The translations under genes and the position numbers were made by a program. Positions 1 through 8,966 of a stretch of 14,664 nucleotides of DNA are shown here, piece after piece. Position 1 is the first letter of the stretch, and each line of letters opens with the position of its first letter. The stretch is taken from the NCBI GenBank assembly GCA_046484245.1, contig JAWOBN010000088.1:1-14664 (forward strand), written 5' to 3'. The DNA comes from a bacterium. GTDB lineage: Bacteria > Hydrothermota > 32-111. The notes beneath the pieces are model-generated. The model was not told the origin of the DNA, made no database searches, and worked only from the letters and a program-made list of their open reading frames with translations.

Positions 1-247
1 CTTCATCAGCAATATAGGCATAACTGCCTAATACATAGACACCTCTTGCATTACCCGGCGTATCATAGTAACCAACCTCTGTTGGTGTTGTCGGGTCGCT
101 TATGTCTATTATTCTCAGTCCAGCATCATAATCAGCAACATATGCATAATTGCCTGACACATATACATCGTAAGCATATCCCGGCGTATCATGATAGCCA
201 ATCTCTGTTGGTGTTGTCGGGTCGGATATGTCTATTATTCTTAGGCC
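1..247 (-). repeat. Intragenic 126-bp (42-codon) tandem repeat units of the LVIVD gene
   Basis: CCCGGCGTATCAT occurs at 54 and 180 (period 126). Both units encode GLRIIDISDPTTPTE(I/V)GY(H/Y)DTPG. Confidence 0.9.
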
Positions 248-616
248 TGCAGTGGTAGCAGTAACATATGCAAAACTATCTGATACATATACACCCCATG
301 CATCTCCGAGTATCCATATATCACTAATCAGTATTGGATTTGTTTCATCGCTTATATTCAGTATCACTAAACTATAACCCATACATACATAAGCAAGTGT
401 GTCAACTACAGATACATCTCGCGCATATCCAAAATAATATGGGACTCTTCCTATCCCTTTAACATTTAAGCTATCACTTGCCCATTTTATTTCATTATCC
501 CTGTTTAATAATTCCTTGTACCCCGAATAATGGTTCTCCACTTCAAATGGCTTCTCTATACCATAGATGCTTACAATGGTAATAATAAGTAAGGTCAATG
601 AAATTAACTTTTTCAT
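1..616 (-). CDS. Secreted LVIVD-repeat (beta-propeller) protein, 3' end truncated by the window edge
   Basis: Not in the ORF track; hand-translated. ATG at 616-614 with an AGGAGA SD (621-626), open to the window edge. Starts MKKLISLTLLIITIVSIYG (signal-peptide-like), then ~42-aa repeats such as AYVADYDAGLRIIDISDPTTPTEVGYYDTPGNARGVYV, typical of LVIVD repeats. Confidence 0.93.
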   Translation of the reverse strand, partial: MKKLISLTLLIITIVSIYGIEKPFEVENHYSGYKELLNRDNEIKWASDSLNVKGIGRVPYYFGYARDVSVVDTLAYVCMGYSLVILNISDETNPILISDIWILGDAWGVYVSDSFAYVTATTAGLRIIDISDPTTPTEIGYHDTPGYAYDVYVSGNYAYVADYDAGLRIIDISDPTTPTEVGYYDTPGNARGVYVLGSYAYIADE

Positions 617-642
617 TTTGTCTCCTAAATGTTTATTTCAAA

Positions 643-671
643 ATTTTAAACATCAAATAATATTTAGTCAA
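643..671 (-). promoter_or_regulatory. Sigma70-type promoter of the LVIVD gene
   Basis: Minus strand reads TTGACT (671-666), 17 bp, TAAAAT (648-643), upstream of the SD and ATG. Confidence 0.7.
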
Positions 672-730
672 GCACTTCGTTATTCCTCACAAATAGAGTG
701 TGAAGAGCACTGCTAAGTTGAAGCCAGTTA

Positions 731-758
731 TACGCACAACTCAAACCGTATCACGATA
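731..758 (+). repeat. Degenerate NACGCAN heptamer array ending in CACGATA
   Basis: TACGCAC AACTCAA ACCGTAT CACGATA. Confidence 0.55.
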
Positions 759-763
759 AAATT

Positions 764-788
764 GTAGGGGTTCAACATATTGAACCTA
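764..788 (+). repeat. GTAG-type REP-like palindrome
   Basis: GTAG-G-GGTTCAA-cata-TTGAACC. A second, inverted copy lies at 14547-14572. Confidence 0.75.
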
Positions 789-800
789 ATCCAAATTTGC

Positions 801-835
801 CACGCATCACGCAAAACGCAGTTCGCACAACGATA
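801..835 (+). repeat. NACGCAN heptamer array ending in AACGATA
   Basis: CACGCAT CACGCAA AACGCAG TTCGCAC AACGATA. Confidence 0.75.
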
Positions 836-929
836 AGGGACGGAGGCGGAAGATATGAAAGATATTTCAAGAAAAACACCCTCATATCCCATATAACCTT
901 AGCTATTGCTTGCCTTACCCAGCATTCTG

Positions 930-1087
930 TCCAAATCCCAGGGACGGTGGTTGCAATTTATGCAAATTGACAAAAATATATAATTGTAAGTACTCAAATA
1001 ACAACACTTAAAATGAAAATCAATCTAAGTTAATAAATAGCAGTACAGAAATTGCTTAAATTGCAACCACCGTCCCTGGGATTTGGA
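930..1087. mobile_element. 158-bp non-coding element with long terminal inverted repeats (MITE/REPIN-like)
   Basis: 930-960 TCCAAATCCCAGGGACGGTGGTTGCAATTTA is the exact reverse complement of 1057-1087. It extends to 36 bp with one mismatch (930-965 / 1052-1087). AT-rich 86-bp interior, no target-site duplication seen. The IR is certain; mobility is inferred. Confidence 0.6.
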
Positions 1088-1183
1088 GGGGTGTTTTGAC
1101 AAAATGAGGGGAAAGGGACACCTGTTGAAAATAAATACTAGGGCTGTTCGTTCTGCTCGAAGGTATTGTTATTTGCCTTTTTA

Positions 1184-1211
1184 TTGACAATAGGCGGATT
1201 ATTCATATCAT
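1184..1211 (+). promoter_or_regulatory. Sigma70-type promoter for the malY/patB-hydrolase unit
   Basis: TTGACA (1184-1189), 16 bp, TATCAT (1206-1211); SD GGAGGT at 1230-1235. Confidence 0.65.
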
Positions 1212-1238
1212 AGTATCTAAACAGGCACTGGAGGTATA

Positions 1239-2411
1239 ATGAAATTTGATTTTGACACTGTAATAAACAGGCGCAGAACAAAATCAATCAAATGGGATTT
1301 CGCAGATTCATATTTCAAGAGCGAGGATCTACTTCCCATGTGGGTTGCTGACATGGATTTCCCTGCACCGCCTGTCATTATTGACAGATTGAAAGAAAGA
1401 GCAGAGCATGGTGCATTCGGTTATACGGGTTATACGGATTCCTTCTATGAGTCCGTAATTGACTGGATGAAAGAAAGGCATGACTGGAATATTGAAAAGA
1501 ATATGATATCCACAAGCTCAGGCGTTGTCACAGGTCTTGCAACAGCAATACTGGCATTGACATCACCCGGTGACGAGATAATAGTGCAGCCCCCTGTTTA
1601 CTATCCGTTCTTCTCCATTGTGAAAAACAATGGCAGGCAGCTGCTCTTCAATGAATTGAAGAGAGAAGGCAGCTCCTATATCTTTGATCTTGAGAATATA
1701 AAATCACTGATCAGTTCAAGGACAAAGGCTCTGATACTGTGCAGTCCTCATAATCCTGTAGGCAGGGTGTGGACAGAGAATGAACTGACTAGCATTGCAG
1801 AGATATGCGCGGACAACAATATAATGATATTCTCTGATGAGATACATATGGATGTGGTATATCCCCCACACAAGCATAATCCCCTTGCATCTCTGGGCAG
1901 AGACATATCCGATATTACGATTACCTTCACTGCACCAAGCAAGACATTCAATACAGCCGGTCTCTCCCAGTCCCTTGTAATAAGCTCCAATGAGGACATG
2001 CTCACCCGTTACAATAACAGACGGAATGCACTGGGTCTTATGATGGGCAATACATTCGGCATAGAGGCACTGGAGACTGCGTACAGCCAGGGCGGTCCCT
2101 GGCTTGATGAACTGCTGCTTTACCTTAAGGCGAACCGTGATTTCATAACAGATTTTGTCACCAGTGAAATGGATATGGTTAAGCCCATAGTGCCTGAGGG
2201 CACATATCTCTACTGGCTGGATTTCTCCGGTACAGGCATGGATGACAAGGCAATTACTAATAAGATTCTCCATAAAGCAGGTATTGCTCTGGACTATGGA
2301 ACAATGTTCGGTATGGGCGGCAGATACCATCAGCGCATCAATTTCGCCTGCCCCAGATCAATTCTTGCAGAGGGCCTTGAAAAGATAAGCAAACAATTCA
2401 AAAGGAGTTAG
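1239..2411 (+). CDS. patB: MalY/PatB family PLP-dependent C-S lyase (cystathionine beta-lyase-like)
   Basis: Family motifs SIKWD, LPMWVADMDF, HGAFGY, CSPHNPVGRVW, SDEIHMD, APSKTFN (PLP lysine), EGTYLYWLDF, RINFACPR. Confidence 0.93.
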   Translation: MKFDFDTVINRRRTKSIKWDFADSYFKSEDLLPMWVADMDFPAPPVIIDRLKERAEHGAFGYTGYTDSFYESVIDWMKERHDWNIEKNMISTSSGVVTGLATAILALTSPGDEIIVQPPVYYPFFSIVKNNGRQLLFNELKREGSSYIFDLENIKSLISSRTKALILCSPHNPVGRVWTENELTSIAEICADNNIMIFSDEIHMDVVYPPHKHNPLASLGRDISDITITFTAPSKTFNTAGLSQSLVISSNEDMLTRYNNRRNALGLMMGNTFGIEALETAYSQGGPWLDELLLYLKANRDFITDFVTSEMDMVKPIVPEGTYLYWLDFSGTGMDDKAITNKILHKAGIALDYGTMFGMGGRYHQRINFACPRSILAEGLEKISKQFKRS

Positions 2412-2413
2412 AA

Positions 2414-3835
2414 ATGAAAAGAACACTTTTTTGTATCCTGACTATTGCACTGATAATACTGTCAGGATGCAATACCCGGGACTTGGAATCAGGTATTTCA
2501 GAGGAATTATTCAACAAATATGCCGGCAGATGGGAAGGGACTCTCAGTATTGAGGGCACAGAGCTCCCCCTGGTTTTCAAAATAGGAAAGGATACTGAGG
2601 GCAGTGTTGAGGTGACAATGGACAGCCCCATGCAGAATGCATTCAATATACCTGCAGAGTTCAATATTGACAAGGACAGTATTACAATTGAGATTGAAAA
2701 GATAGCAATGGAGTTCATAGGCAGACTCACTGAATCCAATGAAATTGCCGGCACATTCTCGCAATCGGGTATTGAAAAAGAACTTGCTCTGGTAAAGACA
2801 GAGGGTCCGGACCCGCATTATCAGACCCCCGAAAAGCCATTCCCGTACAAGACAGAGGATGTGGTGATACTCAATCCCCGGGACTCTATAGAGATAGGTG
2901 CGACTGTCACGATACCGGCAGGAGACCCGCCATTCCCCGCTGTTGTTATGGTAACCGGATCCGGTCAGCAGGACAGGGATGAAACTGTTTTCGGCCATAA
3001 GCCGTTCCTCGTTCTCTCCGATTATCTCACCAGAGAGGGTATTATGACAATAAGATATGATGACAGAGGCATAGGAGAGACAGGCGGCAATCCCGAACCG
3101 TGCACATCAGAGGATTTTGCCAGAGATGCATACTATGTATATGAGTATCTTCTTGAAATGGATGAGTCAGTGGATTCCCTTACCGGAATTCTGGGGCATT
3201 CCGAGGGAGGAATGATTGCCCAGATGCTTGCTGCAGAGCATGAGGATATTGACTTCATAGTTCTCATGGCTGCTCCCGGAGTTACAGGCGGTGAGGTTGT
3301 CATGATGCAGTCAGAGGCAATCAATACTGCTTCAGGACTTGATAAAACAGCTGTTGAAGAAGCTTCCCGATTCCAGCAGAGAATCATTGATGCAGTGAGG
3401 GATATTGAAGAACCGGCTCAGATCAAAGCGGAGATCCGCTCCATTATGGAAGAGTACAGAGCCAAGATGCCGCCGGAGCAGCAGGCACAGCTCACTGACA
3501 ATACCATTGAAACCCAGGTTGAAGCTGCTGCAAGTAATTGGTACAGGTATTTTGTACGGTTTGATCCTGCGGAGTATCTGAAGGATATTGATTGCGCAGT
3601 ACTTGCAGTAAATGGCGGGAAAGATCTCCAGGTCCCTGCTGAAGAGAATCTGATGAGAATAGGGAGAATACTGGAAGAAAACGGCAACAGTAATGTAACA
3701 GTGAAATTATTTGATGATGTGAATCATCTCTTCCAGACAGCTGAGACAGGTCTGACTGATGAGTATTACACTCTCAATGAGACAATGAATCCGGCAGTAA
3801 TGGAGTATATTGCACAGTGGATAAATGATCTCTGA
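2414..3835 (+). CDS. Lipoprotein alpha/beta-fold serine hydrolase with an N-terminal beta-rich domain
   Basis: Lipobox LSGC; TGSGQQDRDE; RYDDRGIG; nucleophile elbow GHSEGG; probable Asp (GKDLQV) and His (NHLFQ). SD AGGAG overlaps the patB 3' end. Confidence 0.88.
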   Translation: MKRTLFCILTIALIILSGCNTRDLESGISEELFNKYAGRWEGTLSIEGTELPLVFKIGKDTEGSVEVTMDSPMQNAFNIPAEFNIDKDSITIEIEKIAMEFIGRLTESNEIAGTFSQSGIEKELALVKTEGPDPHYQTPEKPFPYKTEDVVILNPRDSIEIGATVTIPAGDPPFPAVVMVTGSGQQDRDETVFGHKPFLVLSDYLTREGIMTIRYDDRGIGETGGNPEPCTSEDFARDAYYVYEYLLEMDESVDSLTGILGHSEGGMIAQMLAAEHEDIDFIVLMAAPGVTGGEVVMMQSEAINTASGLDKTAVEEASRFQQRIIDAVRDIEEPAQIKAEIRSIMEEYRAKMPPEQQAQLTDNTIETQVEAAASNWYRYFVRFDPAEYLKDIDCAVLAVNGGKDLQVPAEENLMRIGRILEENGNSNVTVKLFDDVNHLFQTAETGLTDEYYTLNETMNPAVMEYIAQWINDL

Positions 3836-3864
3836 AAACTGCAATTGTAAATGATTGTTGAAGC

Positions 3865-3898
3865 AATGCCTCCAATTCACATTGGGGGCATTTTTATT
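3865..3898 (+). terminator. Rho-independent terminator between convergent units
   Basis: ATGCCTCCAAT-tcac-ATTGGGGGCAT stem (one G:U) followed by TTTTATT, 30 bp after the hydrolase stop. Confidence 0.8.
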
Positions 3899-3930
3899 AC
3901 AGGCTAAATTCTCTCTAAATATTTAATGGC

Positions 3931-5028
3931 CTAATCCCTCAGACCCTCTATTATCCTGCCTGCACTCCTCAGTTCATCTGTATCCGTTGAACCGTATGAT
4001 ATGCGTACAAATCCTTCTTTGCCGAAATAACTCCCCGCAATTACGCCTATGGAATGGCTGTCAAGCAGTCTGTCAGCAAACTCCCTGTCATTATCTACAG
4101 GCAGCCATAGGAAACATGCTGCCTCCGGGATATGACTCTCCTCAATATCCATGTGTTCAATAAGCGCATCCCTCCTTTCAATGAGTATTTGATTGATGCG
4201 CTCTGCATTTTTGTCAAGTGCACTCAGTATATCCAGAAGAGCAATCTGTGAGACAGTGGAAGCACATATCACATTGCAGTCCATCACCTTGAGGAAATGC
4301 TCTGTAAAGGACTGATGCATTACACTGTAACCGAGCCGCCAGCCTGCCATGGGAACACTCTTTGAGAATGAGCCCACGACAAAGAGATTTTTGTATCTCT
4401 CTATTATGGAAAGTGCTGAATAATTATCCCCGTATCTCAGGAGTGCATAGGTCTCGTCAATAATGACATATTTCCCCTGTCCGGCCGCCTCCCTGACAAT
4501 TGACTCTATATGACTGCTGTCCATTATTTTCCCTGACGGATTGTTCGGGCTTACAATTGTTATAATATCAGTGTCAGCCATATTGGATATAATTGAATCA
4601 TATGTGAAATCGCAGAACACATTCTCTCCCCCGAGCATATCCACTGTCATTGAATGATTGAAATAATAGGGCAATGGTATGAGCATTCTGCTGCCGGTAT
4701 TCATCAGCATTATCATCAGTGAAAAATAGGCATTGTTTGCACCCGGTGTTATGAATATATTCTCGGGCTTCCCCCTGTAATCCCACTGTTTTCTGAAAAA
4801 CAGGGAGAGCTGACTGCGCAGTTCATTCTTCCCTGCATCCGGTGTATAGAGATGTGTCTGTCTGTCACCCAGATGCTCACTCAATTTATCATAATGGAGT
4901 TTGGGTAGAATATCCACAACTGCCTGGGTAAGGTCCAGGACATTCTCGCCGCTTTCCTCTTTTGCCTTTATCCTGTTCTTTATTTCAACAATTGCCGGTG
5001 ACTCAACCCTTTCCATATACCTGTTCAT
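3931..5028 (-). CDS. Class I/II PLP-dependent aminotransferase (365 aa; start revised from 5298)
   Basis: Motifs ITPGAN, PYYFNH, PNNPSG, DETY, SFSKSVPMAGWRLG, FVRISY. The ATG at 5028 (MNRYMER) has an AGGAG SD at 5038-5034. The extra 90 codons in the track overlap the EamA gene. Confidence 0.9.
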   Translation of the reverse strand: MNRYMERVESPAIVEIKNRIKAKEESGENVLDLTQAVVDILPKLHYDKLSEHLGDRQTHLYTPDAGKNELRSQLSLFFRKQWDYRGKPENIFITPGANNAYFSLMIMLMNTGSRMLIPLPYYFNHSMTVDMLGGENVFCDFTYDSIISNMADTDIITIVSPNNPSGKIMDSSHIESIVREAAGQGKYVIIDETYALLRYGDNYSALSIIERYKNLFVVGSFSKSVPMAGWRLGYSVMHQSFTEHFLKVMDCNVICASTVSQIALLDILSALDKNAERINQILIERRDALIEHMDIEESHIPEAACFLWLPVDNDREFADRLLDSHSIGVIAGSYFGKEGFVRISYGSTDTDELRSAGRIIEGLRD

Positions 5029-5039
5029 TATTACTCCTC

Positions 5040-5942
5040 TTAATGATTTATCATCCTGAATCTCTTTATCACGGATTTCTCCGAGATAAGCATTGCGGCG
5101 AATATGAGCATGCCCCCTATAATACCCTTGATACCGAGCACTTCCCCCAGTACAAAGAAGGCGGTTACTGCTGCAAAGAGCGGTTCCAGTGAATATATTA
5201 CTGCTGCCTTGTAATCTGTTATATAATGCTGATATCTGCTCTGAATAATGAATATGAATGTTGTTGCAAAGAGTGCGCAGAACAGTGTGCCCGCCCATGC
5301 GGATATGTCCGGAGGCAATTGGAATGTGCCCAGTGTCAGTGATGCAATGAAGCTTATCACAGACACAGTAAACAGTTCAATGACAGTAATATTAACAGCT
5401 GAAGCGCCCCGTGTCATTGATGACACAAGCACTATCTGCAATGCGAAGAAGAATGCGCAGATAATAACCAGTATGTCGCCTTGACTGAAATGCAGTCCGT
5501 TTCTTACTGTAAGCAGATAGAGACCTGCTGCAGCAGTGACCACTGCTGCAAAAACATTGAGGCGGGGCATCTCCCTCAATTTTGCTGCAGATAGCAGAGG
5601 CACAATAATAACAGATAGACCGGTAATGAAAGCTGTATTGGATGCTGATGTGATTTTAAGGCCCAGTGTCTGGAAAATATAACCGCCTGAGAGCACTATG
5701 CCCAGTATAATACCGGAGAACATTTCCCTTCTGTTTATTGTCCGTATCTTTGAGATAAAGAACGGGATAAGAAGCAATGCTGCAATGAAGAATCTCACTG
5801 CAAGGAACGCGTAGGGGTCTGTCCTTGAAATAATGTCCTTTACAATAACAAATGTTGCACCCCAGAAAAAGGTGCCTGTTATAAGGAGCATCTCCGCCTT
5901 TATGTTTTTCAATACGGAAAATATTCTGTTATTTACACTCAA
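5040..5942 (-). CDS. EamA/DMT family transporter
   Basis: About 10 hydrophobic segments; FWGATFVIVK, AVRFFIA, FQTLGLKITSASNTAFITGL, GDILV, AAVIYSLEPLFA. The TTG start overlapping the polA end is uncertain. Confidence 0.9.
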   Translation of the reverse strand: MSVNNRIFSVLKNIKAEMLLITGTFFWGATFVIVKDIISRTDPYAFLAVRFFIAALLLIPFFISKIRTINRREMFSGIILGIVLSGGYIFQTLGLKITSASNTAFITGLSVIIVPLLSAAKLREMPRLNVFAAVVTAAAGLYLLTVRNGLHFSQGDILVIICAFFFALQIVLVSSMTRGASAVNITVIELFTVSVISFIASLTLGTFQLPPDISAWAGTLFCALFATTFIFIIQSRYQHYITDYKAAVIYSLEPLFAAVTAFFVLGEVLGIKGIIGGMLIFAAMLISEKSVIKRFRMINH

Positions 5943-8397
5943 ACCAGTTCTTGCCCTTCTTCACATTGACCTTGAGCAATTCTTCAAAAGGTTCTATGTC
6001 TCTCATCAGCTCTTCTATTCTGTTTACTGTTTTCTCTGCAATATCAGTTTCTGTCTCAAAGAGCAGTTCATCGTGAATAGTCAGTATCATATCAATATCC
6101 TCACCGGCATCACGTATATACTCATCTATACGCTTCATTGCTATCTTGATGATATCTGCAGCAGTGCCCTGTATGGGGGTATTGACAGCTATTCTCTCCT
6201 CGTGTTTTTTGACAGTCCTGTTGCTTGAATTGATTCTCTTGAGTGTTCTCCGCCTGCCGAAATGAGTTTCAACATACCCGTTCTCTTCAGCACTGTGTTT
6301 AATATCCTCTATCCAGTCCTTCACACCGGGGAAATCATTAAAATATTTTTCAATGAACCGGGATGCCTCCTCTCTGGGAATATTGAGTTCCTGAGAGAGC
6401 CCGTAGGGTGTCTTGCCGTATATCACGGAGAAGTTTATAATCTTTGCAGTATTGCGCTTCCGGCTGTCCACTTCATTCTCTTCAATATCAAATATGCGCA
6501 TTGCTGTTTCATTGTGTATATCCCTGTCATTATTGAATGCCTCAAGGAGATTTTCATCCTTTGAGAGATATGCCAGTATTCTCAATTCAATCTGTGAGTA
6601 ATCCATTGATATGAACTGCCTGCTGCTTTTAGAGGGAATAAACCCCTTGCGAATGACAGGCGGTATATTCTGGAGATTGGGGCTCTTTGATGAAAATCTG
6701 CCTGTAGCTGCATAGGACTGCTCAAAGCTTGTATGTATGAATCCGTCACCTGCCGACATCTTCAGTATCGGTTTGATGAATGATGATATCAATTTCTTGT
6801 ATTCCCTGTATTTGAGTATCTCTGATGCAACAGGATGGTCCTCTTTCAGTTTCTCCAGAACAGAGGAATCAGTTGAATATCCTGTCTTCGTCTTCTTCAC
6901 CGGTTCAATGCCCAGTTTATTGAACAGTATATCCTGCAGCTGTTTGGGGGAATTGAGATTGAACTCCTCGCCTGCTGTTTTGAATATGCTCTCCTCCAGT
7001 GAAACAACTGCTTCTGACAATTCCTTCTTCTTCTCTTCAAGATACTCCCTGTCTGTTTTTATGCCTGTCTCCTCCATGCGTGTAATCACGGGGATAAGCG
7101 GCAGCTCCATGTCCACATAGATACTGTAATTGGGCGAGGAATTGATCTTCTCAATTAATTTATCACTTACAGATGCAATAATAACGGCGTATTTTTCATC
7201 CTCCGTTTCCATGATACCTGCAAATTCCCTTGCAATACTCTTATAGGAATAATTCCTCTGGTATATATCAGAGAGAAGCCGGAGGTCATATATACTCTCT
7301 TCACCGATAAGCGGCTGAAGGTCTTTGTATTCTTTCAGTGAGTGAATGATAAGTGTCTTGCCGGAGCACTCATCTGCCCTGAGTGCGTCATCTAAAACAG
7401 CATATCCCTTGCCGGAAGCGAGCACTGTCTTATTGTCAATACTGAGCAGTACTATGGTGTCTGACTCCAATACCTCATCCCTTTCCAATTCATCTATTTT
7501 ACTCAGATCTATATCTGCCCTGCCTGTATCAATATCCAAATCCTTGAGCATTGAATAGAGCTCAAAGCGCGAAGCAATCTCCTTTACTGCGTCCCTGTCT
7601 ATACTGCTGCACTTCAGATCATCCTTTGAAATATCCAGTTCAAGGTCTGTTCTTATCCTCACCAACTCCCTGTACTGTCTGACCTGTTCAGTATTCTCAA
7701 GGAGCTTATTCCTGATCCTCTCATTATCAATATTCTCTTCAATCTCAGTTTTGTCAGTAATGTCCTCAATACTGGATAGTATCTTCTGGGCTGTCTTGGG
7801 CCCAATACCTTTAATACCGGGTATTGCATCGGATTTATCGCCTATCAATGCATAATAATCCAGTATGCGGTCCATGCTGATGCCGAGTTTTTCTGCCAGT
7901 TTCTCCCTGTCAATTTTCGGATATTCGCCATTATCCTTTTTGGGATAGAGCATCTCGCATTTATCATCAAGGAGCTGCCCCACATCCTTATCCGAGGTAA
8001 TTATATATATCTTATCAAAATCCTTTGATAATTGCTCCTTGAGTGAACCTATGACATCATCTGCCTCATATCCCTGCTTTGAAACAACACTCACATCCAA
8101 TGCCTCAAGCAAACTGATGATATGGGGTATCTGTGCAGCCAGTTCATCGGGTATATTCTCTCTTCCGCTCTTATAATCCTCAAACTCCTCATGCCTGAAT
8201 GTCTTACCCTTAAGGTCCAGTCCTCCTGCAATATATTGTGCATTGTACTGCTTCTTCAAATCCATTATAAAATTACCGATACCGAAAATAGCTGATGTGT
8301 TGAACCCCTCCTTATTCCTCAGGGGATTCTTTATGAATGCGAAATGAAACCTGTACATCAGATTATTTATGTCAATGAGAAACAATTCATCTTTCAT
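5929..8397 (-). CDS. polA: DNA polymerase I
   Basis: 5'-3' nuclease motifs (YEADDVIG, SDKD, GDKSDAIPGIKGIGPKTA). Family A motifs TGRFSSKSPNLQNIP, DYSQIELRILA, KIINFSVIYG, NTPIQGTAADIIK, IHDELLFE. Confidence 0.98.
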   Translation of the reverse strand: MKDELFLIDINNLMYRFHFAFIKNPLRNKEGFNTSAIFGIGNFIMDLKKQYNAQYIAGGLDLKGKTFRHEEFEDYKSGRENIPDELAAQIPHIISLLEALDVSVVSKQGYEADDVIGSLKEQLSKDFDKIYIITSDKDVGQLLDDKCEMLYPKKDNGEYPKIDREKLAEKLGISMDRILDYYALIGDKSDAIPGIKGIGPKTAQKILSSIEDITDKTEIEENIDNERIRNKLLENTEQVRQYRELVRIRTDLELDISKDDLKCSSIDRDAVKEIASRFELYSMLKDLDIDTGRADIDLSKIDELERDEVLESDTIVLLSIDNKTVLASGKGYAVLDDALRADECSGKTLIIHSLKEYKDLQPLIGEESIYDLRLLSDIYQRNYSYKSIAREFAGIMETEDEKYAVIIASVSDKLIEKINSSPNYSIYVDMELPLIPVITRMEETGIKTDREYLEEKKKELSEAVVSLEESIFKTAGEEFNLNSPKQLQDILFNKLGIEPVKKTKTGYSTDSSVLEKLKEDHPVASEILKYREYKKLISSFIKPILKMSAGDGFIHTSFEQSYAATGRFSSKSPNLQNIPPVIRKGFIPSKSSRQFISMDYSQIELRILAYLSKDENLLEAFNNDRDIHNETAMRIFDIEENEVDSRKRNTAKIINFSVIYGKTPYGLSQELNIPREEASRFIEKYFNDFPGVKDWIEDIKHSAEENGYVETHFGRRRTLKRINSSNRTVKKHEERIAVNTPIQGTAADIIKIAMKRIDEYIRDAGEDIDMILTIHDELLFETETDIAEKTVNRIEELMRDIEPFEELLKVNVKKGKNWFECK

Positions 8398-8966
8398 CTG
8401 AATAATCCTTTTTCATCAATGTATTTATAAACACCATCAGGCAGCAGATACTGCACTGTTCGGTCACCTCTCTCCAACCTGTTTCTTATATCGGTTGATG
8501 ATATCTCATAAACAGGATTGTCCGGTCTCAATGCATCCTTCAGCACTGCCTGCTGATAGTCATTATCCGAGCATGTTCTTTTAATAATAATGATGCTGCA
8601 GTAATCAATGATCTGCCTGTAATCCTTCCATCTGTCTATCTGATGCGCCTCATCACTGCCTATTATGAGGAATAATTCATTGTCATACTGTTCCTTGAGG
8701 GATTTAAGTGTATTGATGGTATATGAGGGCACAGGCAGCCTGCTCTCAATATCCAGCACATCTGCTCCCTCCACATGCCTGAATGCTGAGCGAGCCATAT
8801 TGTATCTGTCTTCAAATGACACGGACGACTGTTCCTTGAGGGGCTGTCTGGCGCAGGGGATTACAAAGAGATTGTCTATAATGCTCTTTTCAATGAGATA
8901 GACACAAGGGAGAACATGGCCCAGATGGGGGGGGCTGAACACCCCGCCCAGTATTCCTGTTTTCAT
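8394..8966 (-). CDS. nadD: Nicotinate-nucleotide adenylyltransferase
   Basis: GILGGVFSPPHLGH (HxGH), PSYTINTL, IIGSD, ISSTDIR; ATGA overlaps with both neighbours. Confidence 0.92.
   Translation of the reverse strand: MKTGILGGVFSPPHLGHVLPCVYLIEKSIIDNLFVIPCARQPLKEQSSVSFEDRYNMARSAFRHVEGADVLDIESRLPVPSYTINTLKSLKEQYDNELFLIIGSDEAHQIDRWKDYRQIIDYCSIIIIKRTCSDNDYQQAVLKDALRPDNPVYEISSTDIRNRLERGDRTVQYLLPDGVYKYIDEKGLFR

Noticed and set aside
1..247. DGR template/variable repeat pair in the LVIVD gene
   Set aside because: Differences between units are not adenine-specific (many C/T and synonymous changes), both units are in-frame coding, and there is no reverse transcriptase in the window.
46..258. 70-aa plus-strand ORF
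   Set aside because: Antisense shadow of the LVIVD gene.
873..1097. Outer 9-bp inverted repeat AAAACACCC / GGGTGTTTT
   Set aside because: Short and asymmetrically placed around the 158-bp element; cannot be distinguished from chance.
5029..5298. N-terminal 90-aa extension of the aminotransferase
   Set aside because: Overlaps EamA in another frame; a better start with SD lies at 5028.
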